Positions 11,876 to 22,071 are shown, numbered from the stretch's first letter. The stretch: DNA of 64,000 nt from an uncultured cyanobacterium (GCA_963706595.1 OY970166.1:2656001-2720000), one strand, 5' to 3'. The notes: generated by a model not told the origin, from the sequence alone. Numbers and translations are program-made.

Positions 11876-12042
11876 GGAGTGGGGAGAAGAGGCAGGGGGG
11901 AAGGGTGCAGGGTGCAGGGGGGAAGAAGCAGGGGGGCAGGGTGCAGGGGGGCAGGGTGCAGGGGGGCAGGGTGCAGGGTGCAGGGTGCAGGGGAGAAGAT
12001 TGTTACTTCCCAATGACCAATGACTAATGACCAATGACTAAT
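11876..12042. repeat. STRR tandem heptamer repeats (GGGTGCA/GGGGGCA; TGACCAA/TGACTAA)
   Basis: Visible tandem arrays typical of Nostocales. Confidence 0.85.
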
Positions 12043-12159
12043 GCTGTAAATGTATCAATTTGTAAAGCTAAATATGAAATTAATTTGGATTTAATTAATA
12101 ATTAAAAGTTGGGCAAGATAAACTTATATTTTGATATGTTCAGGCTATTTGAATATACT

Positions 12160-12909
12160 ATGAAGCATGACCTGAAGCCAAATCACCTTTTTCAATGCCT
12201 TGACGAAATTTTAGCCCAACAGTCTGTTAATCTCTTAACTCTCAACCCCCAAAAGACTTTAATCACCAGTTTTGTAGAACTAGAAAAATTAATAACTGCA
12301 AAAACCACAAACCAGGAAATTATTTTTGCCTTGCGGGATACTTTGGAACTCATAGTTTATGCCCAGGTGCAAAATTTCCCAGAAAATATCTTCTGGGATT
12401 TTGATTTTATGGTGAGTAGTATGGTTAGACAAGCTTTAGTCGCAGATGAAGGTGCTATTTCTTTTTTAGCAAGCTTCAGTAATAAAATGGTCTTGCTAAT
12501 AGAGTTATTCGGCATTAAAAAAGAAATTCGCTTCCGCTATGTTCACGATTTTATCTATGGGTTTGATTGGGCAAGATGGGTACAAAAAGAACCACAAACT
12601 CGCTCACATTCAGAGCCTTTTAGCTTAATGTTTTTAGATGATTTGCTGATGAAGGGTGAAAAACTTGTCAAACATATCAATTATGGTCAGGTGACATCTT
12701 ATAATCTTAGTAATACAGGATATCGTAATCCCTTCGACTTTTCCCGTGAACCAGAAGATGAACACTTGCTGCTAACTTCTTTAGCTAGAGAAAAACTTAT
12801 CCCTGTGGAAGCATGGAACTGGGATACCAGCCCGGTGTGGAACCTACCCTTCCAAGAAATGCGCCAGCAGTTAGCATTAAAGTTAAACATTCAACCCCAG
12901 AGACACTGA
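12160..12909 (+). CDS. Conserved hypothetical protein
   Basis: Long ORF with FPENIFWDFD and RFRYVHDFIYGFDWARW; its stop overlaps the next start (TGATG). Confidence 0.7.
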   Translation: MKHDLKPNHLFQCLDEILAQQSVNLLTLNPQKTLITSFVELEKLITAKTTNQEIIFALRDTLELIVYAQVQNFPENIFWDFDFMVSSMVRQALVADEGAISFLASFSNKMVLLIELFGIKKEIRFRYVHDFIYGFDWARWVQKEPQTRSHSEPFSLMFLDDLLMKGEKLVKHINYGQVTSYNLSNTGYRNPFDFSREPEDEHLLLTSLAREKLIPVEAWNWDTSPVWNLPFQEMRQQLALKLNIQPQRH

Positions 12910-13568
12910 TGAAAGCATTTGTAGCCGGAGCAACAGGTGAAACAGGTCGCCGCATTGTCGAAGAACTCATAGCCCGCAATATTCCCGTGCGGGCTATGGT
13001 CAGAGATTTAGAGAAAGCTAGAGCTATTTTTCCTCCTGATGTCGAGTTAGTTGTGGGCGATGTCTTAGAAGCACAAAGCCTGAATGCGGCTTTAGGAGAT
13101 AGTACAGTTTTGCTGTGCGCCACTGGTGCAAAACCCAGCTTTGACCCCACTGGCCCCTATAAGGTTGATTTTGAAGGGACTAAAAATTTAGTTGATGCTG
13201 CTAAGGCTAAGGGAATTGAGCATTTTGTCTTTGTATCTTCTTTGTGTGTTTCCCAGTTATTCCATCCGTTGAACTTGTTTTGGCTGATTTTGGTGTGGAA
13301 AAAACAAGCAGAGGAATACATTCAAAAAAGCGGTTTGACTTATACCATTGTCCGCCCTGGTGGTTTGAAAAATGAAGATAACTCTGATGCCATTGTGATG
13401 CAGAGTGCTGATACATTATTTGATGGTAGTATTCCTCGACAGAAAGTCGCTCAGGTTGCTGTTGAGTCTTTGTTTGAGCCAGCCTCACGGAATAAAGTTG
13501 TTGAGGTTGTGGCTAAACCAGATGCGACCTCGAAGAACTTGGGAGAACTATTCGCTAATGTTGTTTAA
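12909..13568 (+). CDS. NAD(P)-binding SDR / NmrA (Tic62-like) protein
   Basis: GATGETG Rossmann motif; YTIVRPGGL. Confidence 0.88.
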   Translation: MKAFVAGATGETGRRIVEELIARNIPVRAMVRDLEKARAIFPPDVELVVGDVLEAQSLNAALGDSTVLLCATGAKPSFDPTGPYKVDFEGTKNLVDAAKAKGIEHFVFVSSLCVSQLFHPLNLFWLILVWKKQAEEYIQKSGLTYTIVRPGGLKNEDNSDAIVMQSADTLFDGSIPRQKVAQVAVESLFEPASRNKVVEVVAKPDATSKNLGELFANVV

Positions 13569-13732
13569 TTAGTTTTGTTGGGTTTGGCAAAGCCTCAACC
13601 CAACCTCCGAATATGGTATTTTTTCAAAATAATAGAAGAGCGCTAATTTCGGAAGAAAGCACTTTCTTTGTGAACTTTGTCGAAATAAGTGCGTCAATTA
13701 TTGTTGTTAGCGAAGATCGAATTTAAAGGAGT

Positions 13733-14431
13733 TTGACTCTGAAAGGCTTTAAACTCAAAGGCGTTGAGCCTCTGATTGGCCCTATCGCCGCACTGCTTGG
13801 CTTGGTCTATTTGTTGCAGTGGTACATACATGGTACATTGCGATCGCCTACCGATCCTGTATTTAGAGTCCAACAGCCGCCTTTGGTGATGCAAGGGGGT
13901 GATCCTCATATCCGCGCTTTGATGCGAACCATCTCAGCCAGTGAGGCTAATGGTCCTCGTCCTTATTCTCTTTTGTATGGTGGACAGCAGGTTAATAACC
14001 TCAGCCGTCATCCTGAGATATGCGTCACCATTGTCACAGGTCCAAATAAAGACAATTGTTCGACTGCTGCTGGTAGATATCAAATTATCAATAATACTTG
14101 GTTTGAAATCGCCCCTCGCTATCATCCCAACCCTCCCCAGCAGATGATGTTTTGGTCTGCGTATAGTTTTGAAGCAGAGTATCAAGATGTGGTGGTTTAT
14201 CGTTGGTTGAATGATACAAAGGTTTGGGGAACTGATATTTCTCAACTCTTGCAAAAGGGCAAAATTAACGACGTTTTGCGGCGGCTTTCTCCCACTTGGA
14301 CGAGTCTGGGATATGGTATCGAAACTAATTCAATTAGTAGCTCTTTGCCAAATATTTATGAGAAAATGTTGAAGGAAGAGTTAAAGGCTGCTAATCCACC
14401 AGCATCTACAATTACGACCCCCCAGCGTTGA
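13733..14431 (+). CDS. Membrane-anchored lambda-lysozyme-like muramidase
   Basis: N-terminal TM helix; TISASE, STAAGRYQI and WTSL motifs. Confidence 0.75.
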   Translation: MTLKGFKLKGVEPLIGPIAALLGLVYLLQWYIHGTLRSPTDPVFRVQQPPLVMQGGDPHIRALMRTISASEANGPRPYSLLYGGQQVNNLSRHPEICVTIVTGPNKDNCSTAAGRYQIINNTWFEIAPRYHPNPPQQMMFWSAYSFEAEYQDVVVYRWLNDTKVWGTDISQLLQKGKINDVLRRLSPTWTSLGYGIETNSISSSLPNIYEKMLKEELKAANPPASTITTPQR

Positions 14432-14501
14432 GTTTTAACAAACCACAACAGGCACAGAGAACACAGAGTTAGAGGGAAGAGGGGGAATTTTGCATGGTTT
14501 G

Positions 14502-14544
14502 TTGACACTCACTAATTAAATATGTATATTCAAAGTATATACTT
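14502..14544 (+). promoter_or_regulatory. Sigma70-type promoter of mazEF with a palindromic operator
   Basis: TTGACA (14502) - 17 bp - TATATT (14525); perfect palindrome AAGTATATACTT at 14533-14544. Confidence 0.65.
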
Positions 14545-14627
14545 CAGGCAAAATCGTTGAGAGTGTTTCACTCCAAAAATTTTAGATTCAGGCGTGTGGA
14601 CTTTTCAGAAAATATTTGGAGCTAGCT

Positions 14628-14870
14628 ATGACAGCAGTTGTTGCTAAATGGGGAAATAGTTTAGCTATCCGGATTCCCAGAGCGGTAGCTGAACAAGCAC
14701 AGGTAACGGAAGGAACAGCTATAAATTTTACTGTCGAAGGTAATAGTATTGTACTTTTACCACAAAAACGAAAGAAATATACCCTTGATGAGTTACTTGA
14801 AGGTATGACTCCTGATAACTTTCATCCTGAATTTGAAACTGGAAATACGGTGGGTAATGAAGATTGGTAG
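14628..14870 (+). CDS. mazE: AbrB/MazE antitoxin
   Basis: KWGNSLAIRIP and YTLDELL motifs. Confidence 0.9.
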   Translation: MTAVVAKWGNSLAIRIPRAVAEQAQVTEGTAINFTVEGNSIVLLPQKRKKYTLDELLEGMTPDNFHPEFETGNTVGNEDW

Positions 14871-15304
14871 TTAAACCGTACTTTCCTGACAGAGGAGACA
14901 TTATCAAATTAGAATTTGGAGCCGTGCGGTTTACGGCTGATTCGATTCGGCGTGTATTTGCTCTTCAAGCGTCAGGAATGCCATTTGAGGATATTGCTAA
15001 GACATTAAACAATGAACTAGAACAACAAGGGCGTGAGCAAATTGGCTACCGCCCTGTTTTGGTAATATCTCCAATTAAATACAATCGAATGGCTTCTTTG
15101 GTTTTAGCTTGTCCCATAACTAGCACTTCAAAAGGGCTTAATTTTGAAGTTCCACTTGTTGAGGAAATGCAAACAAAAGGAGTTGTGTTAGCCGACCAAA
15201 TTAAAACATTTGATTGGAAAGCTAGAAAGGTAAAATTTGTTGAAAGTGTTGGACAAGATTTAATAGAAGAAGTACAGGCAAAACTCGAAACTTTAATTAT
15301 ATAA
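14864..15304 (+). CDS. mazF: PemK/MazF endoribonuclease toxin with an internal insertion
   Basis: PDRGDII, GREQ..RPVLVISP, CPITS and DQIKTFDW; overlaps mazE. Confidence 0.88.
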   Translation: MVVKPYFPDRGDIIKLEFGAVRFTADSIRRVFALQASGMPFEDIAKTLNNELEQQGREQIGYRPVLVISPIKYNRMASLVLACPITSTSKGLNFEVPLVEEMQTKGVVLADQIKTFDWKARKVKFVESVGQDLIEEVQAKLETLII

Positions 15305-16108
15305 GATAAAATATTTCATGTTTTTTACAAATTCTTCAGTATTTTCTAAGTGAATGTTATGCCCAGCATGATTGATTATTTTTAGCTGGGAAAGTTTACA
15401 TTTTTGAGCTATTTCTGTATTGATATCTATAAATTTTTGATCATATTCGCCGCTTAATAAGAGCAAAGGTGTTGTATTTTGGTTGAGTTGGTTCCATAAG
15501 GAAGGTTGATTTCCAGTTCCCATAAATTGCAATGATTTAGTTAGTTCGATTGGATGATTTTGCAAACGACTTTCTAAGATACTTTCAAAGTTGGGATGAT
15601 TTTTGATTGCGCCAAAGATTGGCTGATTATACCAATTTTGTAAAAAAATAGTAAAATCTGCTTTGGTAATACTTCTTGCTAGTTTCCTAGCAATTTGGGC
15701 ATCATTTTTAACTCTTGCTAATCTTTCTCTTTCTGTTGCTAAACCTGGGGATGCTGATTCTAGGACAACTTTAGCAAAACGCTCTGGGAAATGTAGAGTC
15801 AAATATAAGGCTAATCTTCCACCCATTGAATAACCTACTAAGAAGCATTGGTTAATTTTTAACTTGTCTAATAAGTTAATTAAAGCATTAGCTGTATTTG
15901 CCATTGTATAGTATTCATCCCCACCTAATACTTGAGTGTTTCCATGTCCGGGAAGGTCAATTGTGAGAAATGAAAATTCTTCAGCTAGTATTTTGATGGC
16001 TTCGTCAAATTCATGAATATTACCCATAAAACCATGCAGAAACAGAATAACTGGTTTGTTGGGATTGTTAATTAAAGAATAATAAAGTTTATAATTTCCT
16101 AATCTCAT
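15293..16108 (-). CDS. menH: SHCHC synthase (alpha/beta hydrolase)
   Basis: LHGFMG, GYSMGGR, LESASPG and GHNIHLE motifs. Confidence 0.85.
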   Translation of the reverse strand: MRLGNYKLYYSLINNPNKPVILFLHGFMGNIHEFDEAIKILAEEFSFLTIDLPGHGNTQVLGGDEYYTMANTANALINLLDKLKINQCFLVGYSMGGRLALYLTLHFPERFAKVVLESASPGLATERERLARVKNDAQIARKLARSITKADFTIFLQNWYNQPIFGAIKNHPNFESILESRLQNHPIELTKSLQFMGTGNQPSLWNQLNQNTTPLLLLSGEYDQKFIDINTEIAQKCKLSQLKIINHAGHNIHLENTEEFVKNMKYFILYN

Positions 16109-16278
16109 CGGGGAGTATCTTTAATGTATGATTTTGACTTACCCAGAGGCAGGGTATAAAAAAACGAACCGCAAAGGACACAAAGTAAAGAGGGTTGGAA
16201 AGGGTTTTTTCGTCAGTACCGGATGTTTTTGGAAAGTTGGGATTGTTGAAAATTAGCTTATTCACAGAATTTCCAAAT

Positions 16279-17985
16279 TTAAATACCGTGACTTTTACCA
16301 ATTACCCAATTACGCCGGAAAAATCTGGCTAAGGCTGGTTCTTCTAAGGATAAATAAATGGGACGACCGTGGGGACAGGTGCGGGGGTTGCGAGTGCGTT
16401 GCCATTGATCTAATAATGTCTGCATTTCTGGCATGGTCATGGGTGTACCATTACGAATAGCACTGCGACAGGCGACGGCTACTTGGGCTACTTGTAAGTC
16501 TCCTCCCCAACTGAGTTCTAAAATTGCGTCTGCACTGTCTTCTCGCTGTTGCAAAAGTGCGGGTATGGTGCGAATTGCCCAAAGTTGTTCGCCGAAGGGT
16601 TCTATATCTAAACCAATTCTTTGCAGTTGTGATACTTGCGCTGGTGATATTTGATAAAGAATGATGGCGGGTTCAATGGGTACAAGTTGCCAGTGATCAC
16701 AGATTTGCTCATATAATACTCGTTCATGGGCTATATGTTGTTCTACTAACCACATACCATTGGGATGTTCTACTACTATATAGGTGTTGCTGAGTTGCGC
16801 GATCGCCTTTACAGAAAGCTGATTATTATTTTCTTCAGGGGTATTTTCAGGATTAACGTGATAACCGCCTTTAGCTTCTGCGGCTTTGAGTATTTTACTG
16901 ACTCTGGTTGTATGGACAGATTCTTTAAGATTGGCTGCACTTATGCGGAGTGCTTGGTCAATTGCTTGGGTAATTTGTTCTTGCCAATAACCAATTTCAT
17001 TCAGATAAATTTCGCTTTTGGCGGGGTTCCGATTCCAGTTAATTTGGTCAGGAGAAATGGTCAGATTTAATAAACAAATCGGATAGCGATCGCGTGGTAA
17101 TGTTCTATGAAATGCTGATAGAATTGTTTGCTCTAATTCTGGCGATTTTACCATGCGGCCGTTAATTGCTACCCGCACCCAATCAGGGCGGCGACGATGA
17201 CATCTATCAGGTAAGCCTACAACTAAATTGAGACAAGAGGAGACGCGATGAGAGGAGACGCGATGAATCGCGTCTGTACAAGAGGGCTGGGGGTTGGGTA
17301 TTTCTAGGTTGATTTCGTTTAAGTCGCCTTGTCGCACTTGGGGGAGAATTTGCGGTAGGAGTTGTGCAGTGGAAGCTGCGAGAGAGATACTGAACCATTG
17401 GCGGTCATTTTGCCAAACTTGCCAAGTCACATGGGGGTGACACAGGGCGATTTGTTGAATTGCTAATTGTACGCCTCGCATTTGCTGGGCGGCTGTGGGT
17501 AAACCTTGACGACGCACGGCACAATTACCGAAGAGATCAGAAACTGTCACCACTGTACCAGGTGCGATCGCAGTTGCTTCAAATTCTACAGCTTTGCCAC
17601 TGTCACCATAAACAACCCGCCAGCCCACGTTTCCGCCCGGTGGACGGCTCAAAATCTCCAAATCTGCCAAAGTTGTCAAACTGTGCAACGCTTCACCGCG
17701 AAAGCCCAAACTGTTAATCTTCCATAAATCTTCACTAGAGCGAATTTTGCTGGTACTGTGTGCTAGGGCGGCTTGTTGCAAGTTATATTCGTCCATTCCG
17801 CAACCGTTATCTGCAACGCGAATGCGCCACTGCTGCGGCCAAAGAGAAACTACAATGCGGTTTGCGCCTGCGTCTAGGGAATTTTCTACCAATTCCCGCA
17901 CCACAGAAGCTAAAGAGTCAATTACCTCTCCAGCCGTAATCAGATATACGACTTCAGTCGGTAAAGCTTGAATAGTAGATGCCAT
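16279..17985 (-). CDS. mutL: DNA mismatch repair endonuclease MutL
   Basis: ELVENSLDA, LGFRGEAL, QHIAHER, ACR and CPHGRP motifs. Confidence 0.95.
   Translation of the reverse strand: MASTIQALPTEVVYLITAGEVIDSLASVVRELVENSLDAGANRIVVSLWPQQWRIRVADNGCGMDEYNLQQAALAHSTSKIRSSEDLWKINSLGFRGEALHSLTTLADLEILSRPPGGNVGWRVVYGDSGKAVEFEATAIAPGTVVTVSDLFGNCAVRRQGLPTAAQQMRGVQLAIQQIALCHPHVTWQVWQNDRQWFSISLAASTAQLLPQILPQVRQGDLNEINLEIPNPQPSCTDAIHRVSSHRVSSCLNLVVGLPDRCHRRRPDWVRVAINGRMVKSPELEQTILSAFHRTLPRDRYPICLLNLTISPDQINWNRNPAKSEIYLNEIGYWQEQITQAIDQALRISAANLKESVHTTRVSKILKAAEAKGGYHVNPENTPEENNNQLSVKAIAQLSNTYIVVEHPNGMWLVEQHIAHERVLYEQICDHWQLVPIEPAIILYQISPAQVSQLQRIGLDIEPFGEQLWAIRTIPALLQQREDSADAILELSWGGDLQVAQVAVACRSAIRNGTPMTMPEMQTLLDQWQRTRNPRTCPHGRPIYLSLEEPALARFFRRNWVIGKSHGI
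17241..17285. repeat. Small dispersed repeat (AGACGCGATGAATCGCGTCT) inserted in frame in mutL
   Basis: Same palindrome at 33681-33704 and 41344-41367; flanked by direct repeat ACAAGAGG. Confidence 0.75.
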
Positions 17986-18134
17986 AAATTACAGTTTAGG
18001 CGAGCAGTCAACCACTGAATAGAATAAGCATTTTTATTTACAATTCCACAGAATTTTTGATTTATTGTAAAGAAACTCAGGTTCTAGAAGGATTGTTGAT
18101 AGATTGCTTGTAAGGTTATCCGCGAGAAAAGGTT

Positions 18135-18470
18135 ATGATTAGTGATTTAGTTGCTGAAGTTCATGATCTAAAGTTTCGTCTGGAATGGGGACAACCAGCG
18201 TTTACAATCATCGATGTGCGCGATCGCCACACTTACAATTACAATCGCATCACAGGCGCAATCCAAATCCCCTTAGATGAATTAGTAAAACGCGCTAAAT
18301 CTGCACTACACCAAGAACGCCAGATTTATATCTATGGAGATAGCGACACACAAGCCGGCTATGCTGTGCAATTATTACGAGCTGCTGGGTTTAGTCATGC
18401 CACTGTCATTAGAGGCGGTATCACAGCCTGGAAAACAGTTGGTGGGGCTACAGAAGGGATAGCTGCTTAA
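18135..18470 (+). CDS. Rhodanese-like domain protein
   Basis: IIDVR, ITGAIQIP and GGITAW motifs; lacks the usual catalytic Cys. Confidence 0.85.
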   Translation: MISDLVAEVHDLKFRLEWGQPAFTIIDVRDRHTYNYNRITGAIQIPLDELVKRAKSALHQERQIYIYGDSDTQAGYAVQLLRAAGFSHATVIRGGITAWKTVGGATEGIAA

Positions 18471-18591
18471 AGTTCCATACTCTAACACTCATCCTCAAAA
18501 TCTATGCGTACCTCCGCGTTAACTTAGCGTAACTCTGCGTTTAATCTTTCATGTGGGATAGGTATCCTACCCCACAAAATAAATCATTTCA

Positions 18592-19635
18592 CTAATCTGT
18601 GATCGACAAAACTTTCGGAAGTTCCGGTTTAAGTAGTCTGTTCAAAAGAGATGCAGGGGCTTGATTGTGAGGCCAAGCAAAAGCATGGCGAAAAGCTGCA
18701 TTTTGACAAGCTTGGAGTTGTTCAAAATTAATAATGTCGTAAGTCAAAAGATTTTCGTACTCAAACGGTAAACGCATATTATGCAGCCCAGCGTTATCCG
18801 TACAAATAGCAATATCTACCCCAGCTGCAAAACAACGGTCAAAAACTAATTTTAGTTGCCGGATATCCTGTAAAGTACCTGTTTTCAGGTAAGTTGTAGG
18901 ACAAACTTCTAAACACTGTCCTCTTTTCGCTATATCTGTTAATAACTCTGGAGATAATAGAGGAATTTGGATACCGTGACCAATTCGCATCAGGTAGGGT
19001 AAGAGTTTCGGGTGACAGCCATCGGTGGTTTCGTAAAGGTGTCCGGTGGTGTTTACGCCTTGCGATCGCGCATAATCATACAAGCTGACCCATTCTTCTA
19101 GACGTTCTTCATAATAGCGATCGCCCCCAGCCACATCAATCCCACAAACGTACTGTTTATTCTGCACAGCTAACTCAATTATTGCCCGATTCACCTCATA
19201 AGGTAAACGCGAGTGCATACAGAGAATTTGGCTCGTCACAATGGGATATTCTGGTAAATGACTAGCTTTGCCTACCACCGCCACAATTTCTGCCATCTTA
19301 TCAATTCTTTCGGTTTGACTCAGATGTTCCGGTGTGCGTAAGTATGGAGTATAGCGTAATTCTAAATAAGCCAAATTTTCAAAGATATAAGCACCACGCA
19401 ATAAGCGATAAATAAAGTAAGGTAAAGTTTCTACAGTTTGGACACTTTCTACCAAAGTGTGTAATTCTAAATACTCATCTAAAGTGTTGCGAGGACGGGT
19501 GTAAAAGTCTTCAAATTCCGAATATTCAGCAAAACGAGTAATTAAATCTGTAGCATGGCGCTCAAAGTATCGCCACAAAACGCGGGGAACAACGGAACCC
19601 CCCAGATGTCTATGTAACTCAGCATATAATGCCAT
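18592..19635 (-). CDS. Adenosine deaminase family protein
   Basis: ELHRHLGG, GHLYE, RIGHG, EVCPT and TDN motifs. Confidence 0.88.
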   Translation of the reverse strand: MALYAELHRHLGGSVVPRVLWRYFERHATDLITRFAEYSEFEDFYTRPRNTLDEYLELHTLVESVQTVETLPYFIYRLLRGAYIFENLAYLELRYTPYLRTPEHLSQTERIDKMAEIVAVVGKASHLPEYPIVTSQILCMHSRLPYEVNRAIIELAVQNKQYVCGIDVAGGDRYYEERLEEWVSLYDYARSQGVNTTGHLYETTDGCHPKLLPYLMRIGHGIQIPLLSPELLTDIAKRGQCLEVCPTTYLKTGTLQDIRQLKLVFDRCFAAGVDIAICTDNAGLHNMRLPFEYENLLTYDIINFEQLQACQNAAFRHAFAWPHNQAPASLLNRLLKPELPKVLSITD

Positions 19636-19806
19636 AATGGTATTTTGTAAATATAAAGTTTATTAATTGTAACAAAAGCTATAAATAAAAAAATCTCTAC
19701 TTTTTACAAATTTTTGGGGATTAGAAACATAAAGTGCCTAAATTTAGTCAAATTAATTACAAAGTCACTAAATTTAGGTGATTACTGTTTATTTACAGCA
19801 AAATTC

Positions 19807-21012
19807 ATGAAAGCCAAAATACTTTTATGTGGTGTGTTGGGGTTACTTGGCATCAGCAGCCTAATTTTTCACGCCACAACACAGCCCCAGAATTATATTA
19901 AAGCAGAGGTGGCTACTACGCCAAAAAATCTCCCTCAAAACCTAGAAACCGCAGTGCGCGAAAAAATGGCGCAGCAATTGCAAATTAACAGCAAACTTCT
20001 CAAACTAACTAAATCTGAAATAGCTAATTGGGACGACTGTTTACCCGACAAATCAGGCGTAATTCCGACTCAACCTTGTTCAGCTAAATCCCGTTCTGGC
20101 TGGCGTGTAACCATTAGTGGTCAAGGGGAAAATTGGGTTTATTATGTCACTAATAATGGATTTATTACCCTTGATGCCACTGCCAGTTTAAATCAAACTA
20201 TTCTCTCAGCTTTATCCACAAAATTATCCCTAGAAACCAACAATATTTCTATTATTGCCGCACAACTAAGCAAAGGTCTTCCGGCCTGTCCGATCAATGC
20301 TACTTGCAAAGTCCAGCCAATTTTAGGATGGCGTATTCTTGTAAAAGGTAGAGAAAAACCATTCTTTTTGGGATTGGATGGCCAAGATTTAAATTATGGG
20401 AATTTAAGTTTATATTTGCCCCAAGAAACAGCAGAAATGCCCCGAAATATTGGCGAGAAGGTGTTAGAAGATTTTGTGAGTCGCCATGATAATTTAAATT
20501 CTAACCTGCGAGTTGAAAGTATTAAAGCTATAAAATGGAATTTGTGTAGCAGTGGAGGACCAACAAGACCAGAAATGGGAAATTGTCCAAATGTAGAAAT
20601 AGGAGGTTGGCAAATGATAGTTATTAGTGGCGCTAATCGCTATGTTTACTATATTGACCAAACCGAAGTTTCTAACCCTCATATTTTTCCCCAACCTGAT
20701 GCAATGCAGAGTTTACCTAATTCATTAGTAACTGCAATCAAAAAAGATGCAGCTAAACGGGCAAAGGTCTCAGAAAATATGATTGGTCTGCACTGGGCAA
20801 GTCCCAAATTTTTTGATGGTTGTTTGGATATTGACAACCAAAAATTACATTGTCGTCAGTCCATTTCAGCAGGATGGGAAGTGAGGGCTGCTGGCGGTAA
20901 TGTTCCTAGTGGAAATCCTTCATGGGCAAGTGCTACCTGGAGTTATAATGTGAATCTGGCGGGCAATGATATTCGGTTTTTACAGTCTGGTGTGTGGCTT
21001 CCAGTACCTTAA
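19807..21012 (+). CDS. Hypothetical exported protein with repeated Cys-containing domains
   Basis: Signal peptide; four repeats of C...C...GW(R/Q/E). Confidence 0.7.
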   Translation: MKAKILLCGVLGLLGISSLIFHATTQPQNYIKAEVATTPKNLPQNLETAVREKMAQQLQINSKLLKLTKSEIANWDDCLPDKSGVIPTQPCSAKSRSGWRVTISGQGENWVYYVTNNGFITLDATASLNQTILSALSTKLSLETNNISIIAAQLSKGLPACPINATCKVQPILGWRILVKGREKPFFLGLDGQDLNYGNLSLYLPQETAEMPRNIGEKVLEDFVSRHDNLNSNLRVESIKAIKWNLCSSGGPTRPEMGNCPNVEIGGWQMIVISGANRYVYYIDQTEVSNPHIFPQPDAMQSLPNSLVTAIKKDAAKRAKVSENMIGLHWASPKFFDGCLDIDNQKLHCRQSISAGWEVRAAGGNVPSGNPSWASATWSYNVNLAGNDIRFLQSGVWLPVP

Positions 21013-21041
21013 GCTATGCTGATTAATTTGCACTCTTGTAT

Positions 21042-21671
21042 CTAACCTAATACACGCCTCACCCACTCTCTTACTGCTTTTCTCATCGTCCTTCTTCCCT
21101 CGGTGCGATTTTCCTCAATCAACCTGGGTAACTCCCGAATTGGTAAACTAGGAAAAACCAAACTTGTTTCAGACTCTATATAATCACCATTCTGCAATAA
21201 ATAAATCTTCAATTCTCCAGAGTCATAACACCAGATTTCCGGAACACCCAACCGCGCATAAATCGGAAATCGATTTAAAGATTTGCTGGTAACATCAATT
21301 TCTAATGCTAAATCTGGGGGCGGATCTTGGTTTAAATCTAAATCAAGCTTACCCCTAATAGCTGCTTCATTTTGGAAATAAAAACAATCATCTGGTTCTA
21401 AACCAGCCATCCGGCTTTGCTGCTTCCAGGTAGTTGAACCATAGCTTTCATATTTTAAATCTAATTCTAAAGCTATATCTTCAATAGCGATGCTGAAACT
21501 TTTTTTATAATATTCGTGTTCTGGTAAAGGTGTGATTATTTCCAAGTTCCCGTTATCGTAAGCTATTCTGGCTGCACGATTTTCGCCCAAATCCTGTAAG
21601 ATGTTTTCAAATTGTTGCCAGCTAATGTTGTAAAGTACGACTCTATCGGCTCGATTTTTCACAGCTATCAT
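21042..21671 (-). CDS. Uma2-family endonuclease
   Basis: EPDDCFY, PPPDLALEID and YARLGVPEIW motifs. Confidence 0.9.
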   Translation of the reverse strand: MIAVKNRADRVVLYNISWQQFENILQDLGENRAARIAYDNGNLEIITPLPEHEYYKKSFSIAIEDIALELDLKYESYGSTTWKQQSRMAGLEPDDCFYFQNEAAIRGKLDLDLNQDPPPDLALEIDVTSKSLNRFPIYARLGVPEIWCYDSGELKIYLLQNGDYIESETSLVFPSLPIRELPRLIEENRTEGRRTMRKAVREWVRRVLG

Positions 21672-21710
21672 GATTTTTTGACTCCTGTAAATCAGCAATT
21701 AGCCCTACTT

Positions 21711-22071
21711 AAGAGAATGTTTTAAAAGTCCTCTTTTTAGTAGCAAAACGTTTTAGATCCCCCTAAATCCCCCTTAAAAAGGGGGACTTTGATTCTAGTT
21801 CCCCCCTTTTAAGGCAGGGCTGTTTCATTCCATCAGGAGGGAGGATTTGTCAATATCATTAGGGATAATTTTTGGGACAGAAGTCATGGAAAACCTACAT
21901 TTCAATCCAAAAAATTCAAATTTTTCTCAGGATATTTAGAGCGATCGCTTTAAATATCCCTTGACATAATAAGCCTTTGAGGGAATGAAACAGCCCTGCC
22001 TTTTTAAGGGGGGCTAGGGGGGATCGACTCGTGCTTAACATTACAGCCAACTAGTTTGAAAACATCCTCTA
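21711..22071. mobile_element. Outer MITE-like element containing a REP-like hairpin
   Basis: Imperfect TIRs AAGAGAATGTTTTAAAAGT / AGTTTGAAAACATCCTCTA (15/19). Confidence 0.55.
21815..21998. mobile_element. 184-bp MITE with ISAs1-like ends
   Basis: Perfect 17-bp TIR CAGGGCTGTTTCATTCC; flanked by direct repeat CCTTTT(T)AAGG. Confidence 0.8.

Noticed and set aside
11852..12034. Pro/Cys-rich 60-aa ORF
   Set aside because: Translation of STRR repeats
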